Positions 39,519 through 49,241 are shown, numbered from the stretch's first letter. The stretch is 64,000 nucleotides of DNA from Turneriella sp. (GCA_965279515.1 CBDIID010000003.1:1632001-1696000); one strand, 5' to 3'. Made by a program: numbers and translations. The notes: generated by a model from the letters alone, not told the origin.

Positions 39519-40618
39519 ACTACCAGCAAATAAACATACTCCATCAACTCAAACAACTGAGTTCCGACCGGGGATCGTCGGATATTGATCTTCTGAGGGA
39601 TCGCTGGCATGATCGGTATCTTGAGTTTTGGAAAATCCGGGAGACTCCTGTAGACTTAAATGACCAGGCTATCGTGGCGAAACTTGGGGCAGATTCCCAG
39701 CCCGCATCTCTAAAACCCGACAGGGAGAGCTTCAAGGGCAAGATAAACGGTTCTTATTTCTTTGGGTGGCCTGCGGCTGCCATATTGCTGATCACCTTAT
39801 CAGCCCAACTACTCAACCGACTGGGATCCGGATTTTTTCAGCCCGCAACACGGCAGGTGCAGCTTTCCAAGGAAACAGCTGCCGTCACTGCTGGTCTATT
39901 TTACGGCGAAATTAACCGCACCACGAAAATGATCCGAACGAATTATGACACATTAAAGCTGGGGAAAGACAGCATCGATACAGATCTTGCGACAAAAATC
40001 CAAACGACATCCGCCGACCTGAGATTTGAACTCTTCAGGGATGGCATCGGTATTCGCCTTATTCACGGCGAAGTGCTCTTTAATTTTTCTCCGGGCGCCC
40101 CGACTCAGCGCTATATCATCTTCCCCGGTGATGAAATCGTCACGATTACCGGTACAGAGGTCTATGCAAGAATCGATGCGACGACCAGGCAGGTCTACCT
40201 GCGCCACGGCAGCGCCAGGCTGGAATCGCCCCACCGGGGAACGACAACACTCAGAACCGGCAAAGTGTATATGTTGGGTACCTCGCTGACCCGGCAAATG
40301 AGCGAGGAAACGGATAATGAAATTCTCAGGCACTTCGGGCTGGCAGCACCTTTAAAACGAAAACTCCCGGTTGCCCGCAAGGCAAAAAAGCGTGAAGAGA
40401 TTTCGTACGATTCCTGGATCGAAAGCGTTGAAGACGGCACCGATGCACAACTCAAAAGTCTGTTCCTGGAATTCAGGCACGTCTATAAGGTTTTCCTGCC
40501 AGAACGCAAAGTCGTGTATCTGGGGCAGGATAAAAATGAATCCGCGTTTTTTTTCACATCAGAGTATCAAATCCGGATTCCCGAAGATGTCCTGCACACA
40601 AAGGTGAGGTTGAAATAA
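39515..40618 (+). CDS. FecR-like transmembrane anti-sigma factor
   Basis: ATGA-coupled to ECF; one TM; IRLIHGEVLF..VTITGTEVY..VYLRHGSARL FecR pattern. Confidence 0.8.
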   Translation: MNYQQINILHQLKQLSSDRGSSDIDLLRDRWHDRYLEFWKIRETPVDLNDQAIVAKLGADSQPASLKPDRESFKGKINGSYFFGWPAAAILLITLSAQLLNRLGSGFFQPATRQVQLSKETAAVTAGLFYGEINRTTKMIRTNYDTLKLGKDSIDTDLATKIQTTSADLRFELFRDGIGIRLIHGEVLFNFSPGAPTQRYIIFPGDEIVTITGTEVYARIDATTRQVYLRHGSARLESPHRGTTTLRTGKVYMLGTSLTRQMSEETDNEILRHFGLAAPLKRKLPVARKAKKREEISYDSWIESVEDGTDAQLKSLFLEFRHVYKVFLPERKVVYLGQDKNESAFFFTSEYQIRIPEDVLHTKVRLK

Positions 40619-40622
40619 ATTT

Positions 40623-41666
40623 ATGAAACATATTTTTGCACCACATGATAAATTCTTCCTGCTATCGCTGTTTTTCACTCTTCAAGGCCCGCAACTTTCC
40701 GCCAGTGAGAGTAAAATTATTTCAGTAGCGGTTGAAGCCCCTGACCTGATAGAAATCCCCACTGAGCTAAAATACCTGGGGGTAAGCCTGGCAAAAAATC
40801 TGTGTGCCGGAATCGTCAAGGAAGAAATATTCATGCTCACCGGTTGCGGCGTCAAAAGAGAATCCAGGGTCGGCGTTTTCACGGTCGTCAGTTCCATCCG
40901 CGCCGAAGCGCAGCAATTGCTCTTTGAAACTTCGATACGGAATGAAAAAGGAACAGAGCTCGCGTCAACGAAGACACACTCCGGATCGGAGCGATACCAC
41001 GGACTGACCCTTGAATCGCACAGCCAAAAGGTGCTCAGTTACCTGAGAAATTTTGAGACATCCGAAAAACCAACGCAGGCAAAGGCTGTCAGCGAGATAA
41101 CTAAACCGGTTTCTAATGGCGATCAAAAGCATGATGGATTTTATTTCAATACCACCGCCGGTCTCGGCTGGATGAAAATCGACAGCGGCATTGAAGGACT
41201 CCCCGCTATATTGGGGATTAAATTGGGCGCCGCCGTTTCGGAACATTTCGTCCTGTTCGGGGCCGTCGACTATGGCTGGCTACAAAACCCCAAAATTGAC
41301 GCTTCAGTTCTGGTTTGTGCCAACAATAGCTGTAAAACTCAGAAAATTTCCGGAAACATGGATGGCCATATCGGTCACTTAAGCAGTAGCGCAGGGTTTA
41401 CCTATTATTCAGATGCGAATTATTTAATCCAGTTTTCAATTGGTCTGGCTGGTCTTATGAATAACTTCAGTGCCACCGGATATAATTCGAAGCTATTACC
41501 CGATGTTAGTACAATATTCAATCTGGCTATTGGCAAAGAATGGTGGGTCAGCAAAGAATGGGGAGTAGGAATCGCCATTCTCGGTCTTTTGGCGCCAGGA
41601 TTTACAACGGGAACATCCGTTGCGTATTCTTTCGTGGGCATCGGCGTCACGGCAACTTATAACTGA
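40623..41666 (+). CDS. outer membrane protein: periplasmic alpha/beta domain plus beta-barrel (paralog 1)
   Basis: Signal peptide; HDGFYFN..GLG, IGKEWWVS..WGVGIA, terminal VTATYN. Confidence 0.75.
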   Translation: MKHIFAPHDKFFLLSLFFTLQGPQLSASESKIISVAVEAPDLIEIPTELKYLGVSLAKNLCAGIVKEEIFMLTGCGVKRESRVGVFTVVSSIRAEAQQLLFETSIRNEKGTELASTKTHSGSERYHGLTLESHSQKVLSYLRNFETSEKPTQAKAVSEITKPVSNGDQKHDGFYFNTTAGLGWMKIDSGIEGLPAILGIKLGAAVSEHFVLFGAVDYGWLQNPKIDASVLVCANNSCKTQKISGNMDGHIGHLSSSAGFTYYSDANYLIQFSIGLAGLMNNFSATGYNSKLLPDVSTIFNLAIGKEWWVSKEWGVGIAILGLLAPGFTTGTSVAYSFVGIGVTATYN

Positions 41667-41676
41667 GAGATCATTG

Positions 41677-42702
41677 ATGAAAATAATAATCCAACGGAAT
41701 CTTTACCGCGTGCTAATCATTCTCTTGTTTCAAACACCGGGACTTTTTGCCATTCAAGAAAGAACACTAACGATCTCTGTTGGAGTTACTGACCTCATCG
41801 AAATTCCTGAAAACCTGAAGTATCTAGCCACCAGTCTGGCAAAAAACCTGTGCGCAGGAATAACCCAAACAGACGGTTATGAGCTAGCCGGTTGCGGATT
41901 GAACGCCAAAACCGAATCCACAGACTATATTATCGGCAACATTATCCGGTCAGAAAATCAACAACTGACATTTGAGGCAATGATCCGGGATAAAAAAGGA
42001 CAAGTGCTCGCCACAATCAAGAGCGAATCCGGTTCGGAGCAATACCACGGACTGATACTTGAATCGCACACGAAAACTATACTCGCTCGATTAGCAGAAC
42101 TACAAATAAGAAATACAACTCCTGCGGCAATAAGTTCCATAAAAACTTTATTATCCCCGGTCCACCGCCATGACGGATTTTATTTTAATGCGGTTGCAGG
42201 AACAGGCTGGGCCAATATTGACCGAATGGCGATGGGCGGCGCCGGCCTATTTGGCATTAAACTCGGCGGTGCGGTATCAGACCATGTCGTACTCTTTGGC
42301 GCCATCGATACCTATTGGATGTTTAGCCCTATCATGAAAACCGTAATAACCCTGGGAGATAAATCGATTGCGCTTTCAGGAAACCTCGACGGATATATAT
42401 TGATGCCAAACTTCAGCGCCGGAGCCGGGTATTATACCGATAGCAATTATTTTCTATTACTTTCCATGGGGATGGCCGCATGGCAAATAAAATCCGATGT
42501 GCCTCAAACGACATTTGGTGGCACAAAAGAATCAAATCCCGGTTCGAGCTTGAGCCTCTCTATCGGCAAGGAATGGTGGATCAGTGACAATTGGGGAATC
42601 GGTGTCGCACTGATAGGCCATGGCGCTATAAATATGAGCAGAGGGGTCTATGGCAGCGGCTACTATTTCGCGGGCATCGCGGTTACGGCAACCTATAACT
42701 AA
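41677..42702 (+). CDS. outer membrane protein: periplasmic alpha/beta domain plus beta-barrel (paralog 2)
   Basis: Shares DLIEIP, LKYL..SLAKNLCAGI, SGSE.YHGL.LESH, HDGFYFN, IGKEWW, VTATYN with paralog 1. Confidence 0.75.
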   Translation: MKIIIQRNLYRVLIILLFQTPGLFAIQERTLTISVGVTDLIEIPENLKYLATSLAKNLCAGITQTDGYELAGCGLNAKTESTDYIIGNIIRSENQQLTFEAMIRDKKGQVLATIKSESGSEQYHGLILESHTKTILARLAELQIRNTTPAAISSIKTLLSPVHRHDGFYFNAVAGTGWANIDRMAMGGAGLFGIKLGGAVSDHVVLFGAIDTYWMFSPIMKTVITLGDKSIALSGNLDGYILMPNFSAGAGYYTDSNYFLLLSMGMAAWQIKSDVPQTTFGGTKESNPGSSLSLSIGKEWWISDNWGIGVALIGHGAINMSRGVYGSGYYFAGIAVTATYN

Positions 42703-42704
42703 TA

Positions 42705-42740
42705 TGGCTTTTTTGCAAGGGTGGTATCGTATCTTCGTCA
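42705..42740 (+). promoter_or_regulatory. overlapping ECF-type motifs TGGCT-N18-CGTA and TTTGCA-N18-CGTCA
   Basis: In the 46-nt gap before ATG 42749. Confidence 0.5.
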
Positions 42741-42748
42741 GACAGATT

Positions 42749-44371
42749 ATGAAAACTAATAATCCTGCGATGGACATGATCGATCGCCTATTTAGCTACG
42801 GACGAATATTTTCTTGCGGCAGTGCCTTTTGCCTGTTTTTACTTTCTTGCTCCGGGGGAATGACAACAACCGAAATCGGCGGCAACACATACCAGAAGCC
42901 AGCGGAACCGATGCAGCCATTACCGCAACCTCCGGTGCTTACCCCCTATATGTTTGGATTAAGTACTGCCATCTCCGGAGACACGATGGTCGTTGGAGCG
43001 CAATACGACAGCAGCGATGAAACGGGCGTAAAAAACGGAACGGCAGGCGAAGCAAACGGCAATTTGGGCGGAAGTGGCGCGGCATACGTCTACAGGAAGA
43101 TTGGTAATGACTGGGTGCAAGAAGCTTACCTCAAAGGCTCTGGCACCAGCATCGGCGACATTTTTGGAACAAGCGTTGCTATTTCAGCAGATACGATCGT
43201 TGTAGGGGCATTCAAGGAAGACAGCAACGAAACCGGCGTTAAAAACGGGACAACAGGCGGCACAAATGACCTCTTAACGGACAGCGGTGCAGCTTATGTT
43301 TTCAGGCGGACGGGGAACCTCTGGACGCAGGAAGCATATCTCAAAGGTTCTGCAACAAGTAGGGGGGATAGGTTCGGCAGAAAAGTCGCCATCTCCGGTG
43401 ATACCATCATCGTTGGCGCTGCTGAGGAAGACAGCAATGAAACGGGTGTAAAAAATGGTGCGACCGGCGGCACAAACGATCTCTTAACGGACAGCGGCGC
43501 AGCTTATGTTTTCCGGCGCACGGGAAACCTCTGGGCGCAGGAAGCATATCTCAAAGCCTCGTCGACAGACTCTGATGACCAATTCGGATACAGCGTGGCC
43601 ATCTCCGGCGACACCATCGTTGTCGGTGCCCGGCTTGAGGAAGATCCCGGTGACGTTACTTTAAATAGCGGAGCAGCATATGTTTTCAGGCGCACTGGTG
43701 CCCTCTGGGCCCAGGAGGCATACCTAAAGAACTCCGGTATCAGTTCTAACGGTAATTTCGGTTCGAGCCTTGCGATTGCAGGTGACACGATTGTGGTTGG
43801 CGCTCTCTATGAAGACAGCAATGAAATGGGTGTGAAGAATGGAATTCAGGGAGGCATTAATCTCATGTCTACGGATAGCGGTGCTGCCTACGTTTTTAAA
43901 CGGACGGGAACATTTTGGGTCCAGGAAGCATACCTAAAAAGTTCAAATCCATTTCCAAGCAGCTATTTTGGTCAAAGTGTCTCTATTTCCGGGGACACAA
44001 TCGTCGTCGGCTCAGATCTTGAAGATAGCGACGAAGAGGGCGTCAAGAACGGAACGGGAGGAGGGCTGAACAATTTGCGGACATGCAGCGGTGCAGCCTA
44101 TGTTTTCAAACGCGCAGGTAATCTCTGGTCGCAGGAAGCTTACTTAAAAGGTTTAGGTACAAGCAACTGGGATAGATTCGGATCTAGTGTCGCAGTATCC
44201 GGTGATTCTATCATGGTGGGAGCTCCCTACGAAGCCAGCGACGAACTGGGTATAAAAAACGGACCATTTGGTGGTCTCAACGATCTCTGGAAAGACAGCG
44301 GCGCCGCCTACGGCTACACACGCACCGGCAACACGTGGGCGTCGACGGCTTTTTTTAAAAGGTCCAATTAA
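42749..44371 (+). CDS. FG-GAP (integrin-alpha-like) seven-repeat beta-propeller lipoprotein
   Basis: LLSC lipobox; seven FGxSVAISGDTxVVGA...SGAAYVF..W.QEAYLK repeats; start may be 42770/42776. Confidence 0.9.
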   Translation: MKTNNPAMDMIDRLFSYGRIFSCGSAFCLFLLSCSGGMTTTEIGGNTYQKPAEPMQPLPQPPVLTPYMFGLSTAISGDTMVVGAQYDSSDETGVKNGTAGEANGNLGGSGAAYVYRKIGNDWVQEAYLKGSGTSIGDIFGTSVAISADTIVVGAFKEDSNETGVKNGTTGGTNDLLTDSGAAYVFRRTGNLWTQEAYLKGSATSRGDRFGRKVAISGDTIIVGAAEEDSNETGVKNGATGGTNDLLTDSGAAYVFRRTGNLWAQEAYLKASSTDSDDQFGYSVAISGDTIVVGARLEEDPGDVTLNSGAAYVFRRTGALWAQEAYLKNSGISSNGNFGSSLAIAGDTIVVGALYEDSNEMGVKNGIQGGINLMSTDSGAAYVFKRTGTFWVQEAYLKSSNPFPSSYFGQSVSISGDTIVVGSDLEDSDEEGVKNGTGGGLNNLRTCSGAAYVFKRAGNLWSQEAYLKGLGTSNWDRFGSSVAVSGDSIMVGAPYEASDELGIKNGPFGGLNDLWKDSGAAYGYTRTGNTWASTAFFKRSN

Positions 44372-44399
44372 TCCGGGAGCCCTTTTGAAATGACAAATT

Positions 44400-44429
44400 T
44401 TGGCATCTGGCTGCTCTATTTCTCGTACA
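44400..44429 (+). promoter_or_regulatory. putative ECF-type promoter TTGGCA-N18-CGTACA
   Basis: Recurrent motif, 8 nt before ATG 44438. Confidence 0.65.
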
Positions 44430-44437
44430 GACGTTTA

Positions 44438-44848
44438 ATGAAAGTAAAAATAATATTCTCCGCATTACTGCTGGTGTCAGCGGCTATCTGGAGCGAATCA
44501 ATCGCAGTACCGGAAAATCACAAAGAAATCGTCGCAAAAAAATGGAAGCTAAAGAAAGTTTTGCGCGATTCAACGGACGTGACAAAAATGTTTAAGAAAC
44601 AAACCTTTACGGCTGTCGAATTCGTCGTCGACGGCAAACTGAAGACCAACGAGCCCGGCGTCATGTCGGCCTCCTGGAAATTCGAAAATAACGAATTGAT
44701 TATGGACACTCAGCATAAGAACAAACGCGACCCTAAACACCCCACAAGAGCCACAGTGAACTACACAGACGTCGAAGCGACGGCAAAATCTTTAAAATTT
44801 TCTAAGGATTTTGGTGGGGCCAAAATAACCTGGATCTTTTCAAAATAG
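44438..44848 (+). CDS. secreted lipocalin-like hypothetical protein
   Basis: Signal peptide; IVAKKWKL, FVVDGK, SWKF pattern. Confidence 0.65.
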   Translation: MKVKIIFSALLLVSAAIWSESIAVPENHKEIVAKKWKLKKVLRDSTDVTKMFKKQTFTAVEFVVDGKLKTNEPGVMSASWKFENNELIMDTQHKNKRDPKHPTRATVNYTDVEATAKSLKFSKDFGGAKITWIFSK

Positions 44849-45052
44849 GCTCTTCCGGTAATTCATCATCCAAGAGGTTCCTGCGCGCTGGTAATCGCTT
44901 CCCTATAGCAGGTTTCCGGCGCCGGTCATTTTCAGGCTGCTGCTTCTGCTGATAGCCCGTAATCGGGCAATCAGAACGCCGACTGGATTCTTTTTCTTCA
45001 ATCGCAGCCTAATCGTGTTTGCCGCCGCATCGCAAAATCGGCAAAAGTCTCC

Positions 45053-46375
45053 GTGCATCTGCGATTCTCTGTCTTTCTTGCCTTGATAACAACGGCCCAA
45101 TTGCCGGCCTACCGCGTCGTGCTCGACCCCGGCCATGGTGGGCGTGACATCATTCCGCATACTTTATACGGCGACAAATTCGATCGCCGCCTCGGCACCT
45201 ACCTCGATAAATTCCGCGAAGGCGCGCGTTATAAAGGCGTGTGGGAATTCGAGGTCATGTACGACATCGCCGCGAGAGCCAAAGCAATTCTCGATAAGAC
45301 GACAACGGAAGCCGGGCGAGCCGAGTTTCAAAAAATCCTGAAAAAATACGGCAAGCCCGGTAAGATGGAACAGATCGACGCTTTTGTCTCACGCCCGGCG
45401 GGTTATATCGAGAACTATTTCGAAAACCGCGACGACCTCAATGCTCCATTCCGCCTCTATGATTATCCCAACCAAAAGACCGGAGCGATCGAACCCGGCA
45501 CGATCAGCCGCATCAATGCACTCGAGCCCGAACTCGTCATCACATTGCACCTGACGCACACACAGGCACCGAAACAGGGCGGCATGGCAACCGTCATTAC
45601 GCCCGGATACAAAACCTACGAAAACGCACTCCGCTATGTACGCACCGACGGCGACGGGCGCAAGCAAATCCGCGCGCGCTTCGGTGAAAGCGCCTGGGCC
45701 AACTGGTTTGTCTCCGATGACAAATACACGACCTACCCGAGCTTCATGGCCGATGCCTTCATCTACTATATCGGCTTCTGGTCAAAAAACGACGGCCTTC
45801 ATACTGACTACAAACGTTTCCGCGGCTACCGCCACAATCTCGTCGACTGGAGTTATGCCGATTCGGACGCGATCGTCGAATCGCTCTATGGCCAAAAGGG
45901 CGAACGTTATGCCACAACGCTCGCCGCTTTCGAACCGAAAGGCAAGTTCTGGGAAAGAGAAAAAGCCGAACCTGAAAACTGGCGCCGTGAAGCCGGTCCC
46001 GAAGGTTTCGGTGGGGATAACCATTTTGCCGGCACGGAAACCTTACGTTTTATACGGAAGGCCTTCGTCGTCAATGGCTTTGACACGCCTGCAACAGCTC
46101 CGAAAATTCTCAAACCCTATATGTCGACTTGGGCGGTCCCAACGTATGTCAACGCGGTCGCGGCATTTGTTGAAATTGCGCATACGACGTCGAAGCGTGA
46201 TCATCTGCGCATGGCAAAACACCGCCGCATCTATGCCGAGGGCATCGCCGTCGCCGCTTACTCCTTACTTTACGGTATGAACGACGTCGGTATGGCGAAG
46301 GGAAAAAAGTTGCCGCTGGAAAGATATGAAAATCTCGCGGGCGGTAATTACTTCAAACGCGTCAAAAAGATATGA
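45053..46375 (+). CDS. N-acetylmuramoyl-L-alanine amidase (Amidase_3) with large inserts
   Basis: VVLDPGHGG, E, RIN..LVITLH, AFVEIA zinc-ligand pattern. Confidence 0.75.
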   Translation: MHLRFSVFLALITTAQLPAYRVVLDPGHGGRDIIPHTLYGDKFDRRLGTYLDKFREGARYKGVWEFEVMYDIAARAKAILDKTTTEAGRAEFQKILKKYGKPGKMEQIDAFVSRPAGYIENYFENRDDLNAPFRLYDYPNQKTGAIEPGTISRINALEPELVITLHLTHTQAPKQGGMATVITPGYKTYENALRYVRTDGDGRKQIRARFGESAWANWFVSDDKYTTYPSFMADAFIYYIGFWSKNDGLHTDYKRFRGYRHNLVDWSYADSDAIVESLYGQKGERYATTLAAFEPKGKFWEREKAEPENWRREAGPEGFGGDNHFAGTETLRFIRKAFVVNGFDTPATAPKILKPYMSTWAVPTYVNAVAAFVEIAHTTSKRDHLRMAKHRRIYAEGIAVAAYSLLYGMNDVGMAKGKKLPLERYENLAGGNYFKRVKKI

Positions 46376-47424
46376 CGTTTTCTCCCGTGCGCATTCTCGT
46401 CCATGCCCCCAACTGGGTGGGCGATCATGCGATGGCATTCCCTTTCTATGCGGCATTGCGTTCGCTGTTTCCAGCCGCCACGCTGACGCTGATTGGCCGC
46501 ACCTGGGTCTCTGATCTTATACCCAAAGGTTTTGAGGAAGTCATTCAGCTGAAAGGCAAAAATTTACTCAAGGGGGATTTCCAGCGTATTGCAGAACAGC
46601 ATTTCGATCTGGCGTTCACTCTCTCACCCAGCTTCCGCTCTGCCTGGCTGCTGAAAAAACTGGGAATTCCCCTGCGCCATGGTTTTGCGTCCGATATGCG
46701 GGGCCTTCTGCTCACCACTCCGGATAACAAATTCCGCAAGCAGGTATATAACCGGAGTGAACACCGCGCACTGGCCTACTTGCGCCTTTTGGCCCCCTAC
46801 CTGCCGCCAGAGATTTTGCCCGAAGACCAATTCGAAGCATACCGCAACGTCAAGCTTGAGATTCTGCCGCTGGAGCCGCTGAGGAAAAAATTTCGGCTGG
46901 GACAAAAAGTGAGGCGCGTGGCGATTTGCCCCGGAAGCACTGCGGCATCGAAAAAATATCCTGTAGGCCATTTTATCCGTGTGATCGAAACGATCGCAGC
47001 AAAAAAATCCGGAATTGAATTTTTGCTGCTCGGCGCCGAGATCGACCGTGTTGAGTGCGAAGCGATCGCGAGCCATTTCGCCGGGTCGAAAATCAAAGTC
47101 GTTCCGCTCTGCGCTATGACAACGTTGCGGGAAACGCATACCCTGATCGGCTGGGCTGCCGTGGCAATTGCCAATGATTCAGGCCTTGCCCATATCACCT
47201 CACTCACAGGAACGCGGCTGGTAACTTTCAACGGTATGGGTCGCCGCGAAGAGACATCCCCGCTGACGCGATACAAAACACTCTTCGACCTGAGCCTCGA
47301 ATGCTCACCGTGTTTTCAGCGCGAATGCCCGCGCAAAGATGCGCCGCTGGCCTGCCTCACAGGAATAGCCCCCGACGCCGTGGCAGAGGCCGCCCTTAAA
47401 GGTCTTCAAGGTGGCAGCGCGTGA
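46372..47424 (+). CDS. waaF: LPS heptosyltransferase II (GT9)
   Basis: PNWVGD, SFRSA, ICPGS..KKYP, NDSGLAH, CSPCFQRECP. Confidence 0.9.
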   Translation: MTFSPVRILVHAPNWVGDHAMAFPFYAALRSLFPAATLTLIGRTWVSDLIPKGFEEVIQLKGKNLLKGDFQRIAEQHFDLAFTLSPSFRSAWLLKKLGIPLRHGFASDMRGLLLTTPDNKFRKQVYNRSEHRALAYLRLLAPYLPPEILPEDQFEAYRNVKLEILPLEPLRKKFRLGQKVRRVAICPGSTAASKKYPVGHFIRVIETIAAKKSGIEFLLLGAEIDRVECEAIASHFAGSKIKVVPLCAMTTLRETHTLIGWAAVAIANDSGLAHITSLTGTRLVTFNGMGRREETSPLTRYKTLFDLSLECSPCFQRECPRKDAPLACLTGIAPDAVAEAALKGLQGGSA

Positions 47425-47798
47425 GATCCTACCTTCTGCTGTTAATCGCGGCAAGCGCCTGCCCCATCGGCGCAGAAAGATTCTGTTTTACGAATACCAC
47501 TGCGAAAACGAAAAGCGTTGTGACATTCGACAGCGAGCGCAACCGCATCACCGACGGGGTTTTCAAAATCACATGGACCGACGGCGGGGAAAACACGGCG
47601 CGCTTCCATGGCACAAAATCAGGTACGGTCTACGCAATCACTTTTAAGGGAAAACCGCCTTACAAAAGACCCAAGGGTGACGACACCATCATCTGGACTC
47701 GGAACGGCAACAATCTCGAAGTGCCTATGTACGGTAAAAATGCGAAGACAGGCAAGTTTGCCGAATACGCTGCGCAACTGGCCCCGTGTAAACGTTAG
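47421..47798 (+). CDS. small secreted hypothetical protein
   Basis: Signal peptide; GTGA-coupled to waaF. Confidence 0.65.
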   Translation: MRSYLLLLIAASACPIGAERFCFTNTTAKTKSVVTFDSERNRITDGVFKITWTDGGENTARFHGTKSGTVYAITFKGKPPYKRPKGDDTIIWTRNGNNLEVPMYGKNAKTGKFAEYAAQLAPCKR

Positions 47799-47848
47799 CC
47801 CAAAGCGGCGATTACTTTACGCACTCACTCAAAATAAAACTCCCGCGC

Positions 47849-48526
47849 ATGGCAAAACTTGTTTTAATCCGCCACGGCCAGTCACTGTGGAACCTGCATA
47901 ACCTCTTCACCGGCTGGGTAGATGTACCGCTTTCGGCGCAGGGAGTACAGGAGGCGATTGCCGCCGGCAAACGCCTCGCCGATGAGAAGTTTGACTTGAT
48001 CTATACTTCGACGCTGATCCGCGCGATCACGACGGCAATGATCGTGATGTCTGAAAACAAAGAAGGCAAGGTGCCGATTTTGCAGAAGACCGCGGCTGAA
48101 AAACCGTTAGACTGGTTCAAGATCTATTCGCCTGCCACCGAAGCCAACATGATTCCCGTCTACTCGGCCTGGGAGCTCAACGAGCGCATGTATGGCGAGT
48201 TGCAAGGCTTGAATAAAGAAGAAACCGCGAAAAAATTCGGCGACGCCCAGGTGAAAATCTGGCGCCGCAGCTACGATGTGCCGCCACCCAACGGTGAGGC
48301 GCTTAAAAACACCGCTGAGCGTACCATTCCGTGGTTTCAGAAAAATATTGAACCGCAGCTGAAAGCGGGCAAAAATATTCTCGTGGCGGCGCATGGCAAC
48401 AGCCTGCGCGCAATCATCATGTATATCGAGAAGCTCAGCGAAGCGCAGGTGCTCGAACTGGAACTCAAAACCGGGGAACCGGTGATTTTTACGGCAAAGG
48501 GTGACACGATCGCGCGGGGCGGATAA
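47849..48526 (+). CDS. gpmA: 2,3-bisphosphoglycerate-dependent phosphoglycerate mutase
   Basis: LIRHGQS, FTGWVD, LNERMYG, WRRSY, AHGNSLR. Confidence 0.97.
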   Translation: MAKLVLIRHGQSLWNLHNLFTGWVDVPLSAQGVQEAIAAGKRLADEKFDLIYTSTLIRAITTAMIVMSENKEGKVPILQKTAAEKPLDWFKIYSPATEANMIPVYSAWELNERMYGELQGLNKEETAKKFGDAQVKIWRRSYDVPPPNGEALKNTAERTIPWFQKNIEPQLKAGKNILVAAHGNSLRAIIMYIEKLSEAQVLELELKTGEPVIFTAKGDTIARGG

Positions 48527-48534
48527 ACAGCCTC

Positions 48535-48753
48535 GTGCCACGCGAACTTGCCCTGTTGGTTTTACAACACCTCTTCGACAGGCAGGGGAGGCGCGTTCCG
48601 CTCGGCGATCTCGAAGTTGCCCTGGGAAAAGACATCCACACACTGCGCCCGGCGATCGAAGATCTCAAGCTGCGCGGATTCATTAACGAAGAAGAATACC
48701 TGATAGAAATTCTCGCGGCGGGCCGCGACTTCGCGCGCAGCCGCTGGGTATGA
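48535..48753 (+). CDS. small winged-helix-like hypothetical protein
   Basis: 72 aa filling the gpmA-ruvC gap; ATGA overlap with ruvC. Confidence 0.6.
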   Translation: MPRELALLVLQHLFDRQGRRVPLGDLEVALGKDIHTLRPAIEDLKLRGFINEEEYLIEILAAGRDFARSRWV

Positions 48754-49241
48754 AATTCCTGGGTATCGACCCCGGCTATGCGCGGCTGGGTTATGGCATC
48801 ATTGAGGTTACCGGCAACCGCGCGGCATTCGTCGATGCCGGGGTTTTCGAGACCAGCCCCAAACACGCCGAAGGGGAAAGGCTGCTGCAACTACAGAAAT
48901 TTCTCCAGAACCTGTTTAAATCCCATTCGCTCACGCACGCAGCGCTCGAGCAGGTTTTTTTGCGCCGCGACCTGACGACGGGTATTAAACTTTCAGAGGC
49001 CCGCGGCGTAATTTTAATGAATCTGTTTCAGGCCGGGGTTTCATATTCTGAAATCTCACCGAGCGCGATGAAAAAGACAATCACGGGCTCGGGGGCAGCG
49101 CAGAAAAAAACCGTGCAGCTGATGACGGCGAAACTCCTCCATTTGCCGGCGCAGATGAAGATTGATGACGCGGCCGACGGCCTGGGCCTCGCATTTTGTG
49201 CATGGTTGAAATGGCAGGCGACACAGAGATCACTTGCCTGA
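48750..49241 (+). CDS. ruvC: Holliday junction resolvase
   Basis: LGIDPG, E, ARGV, KKTITGSG.A.K, DDAADGL. Confidence 0.96.
   Translation: MKFLGIDPGYARLGYGIIEVTGNRAAFVDAGVFETSPKHAEGERLLQLQKFLQNLFKSHSLTHAALEQVFLRRDLTTGIKLSEARGVILMNLFQAGVSYSEISPSAMKKTITGSGAAQKKTVQLMTAKLLHLPAQMKIDDAADGLGLAFCAWLKWQATQRSLA

Noticed and set aside
42950..44340. Periodic repeats as a CRISPR array or DGR template/variable pair
   Set aside because: In-frame 210-nt protein repeats differing mainly at synonymous sites; no cas or reverse transcriptase genes and no adenine-specific differences.
38209..44900. Island as a prophage or integrative element
   Set aside because: No integrase, transposase, phage genes, tRNA target or att repeats visible.
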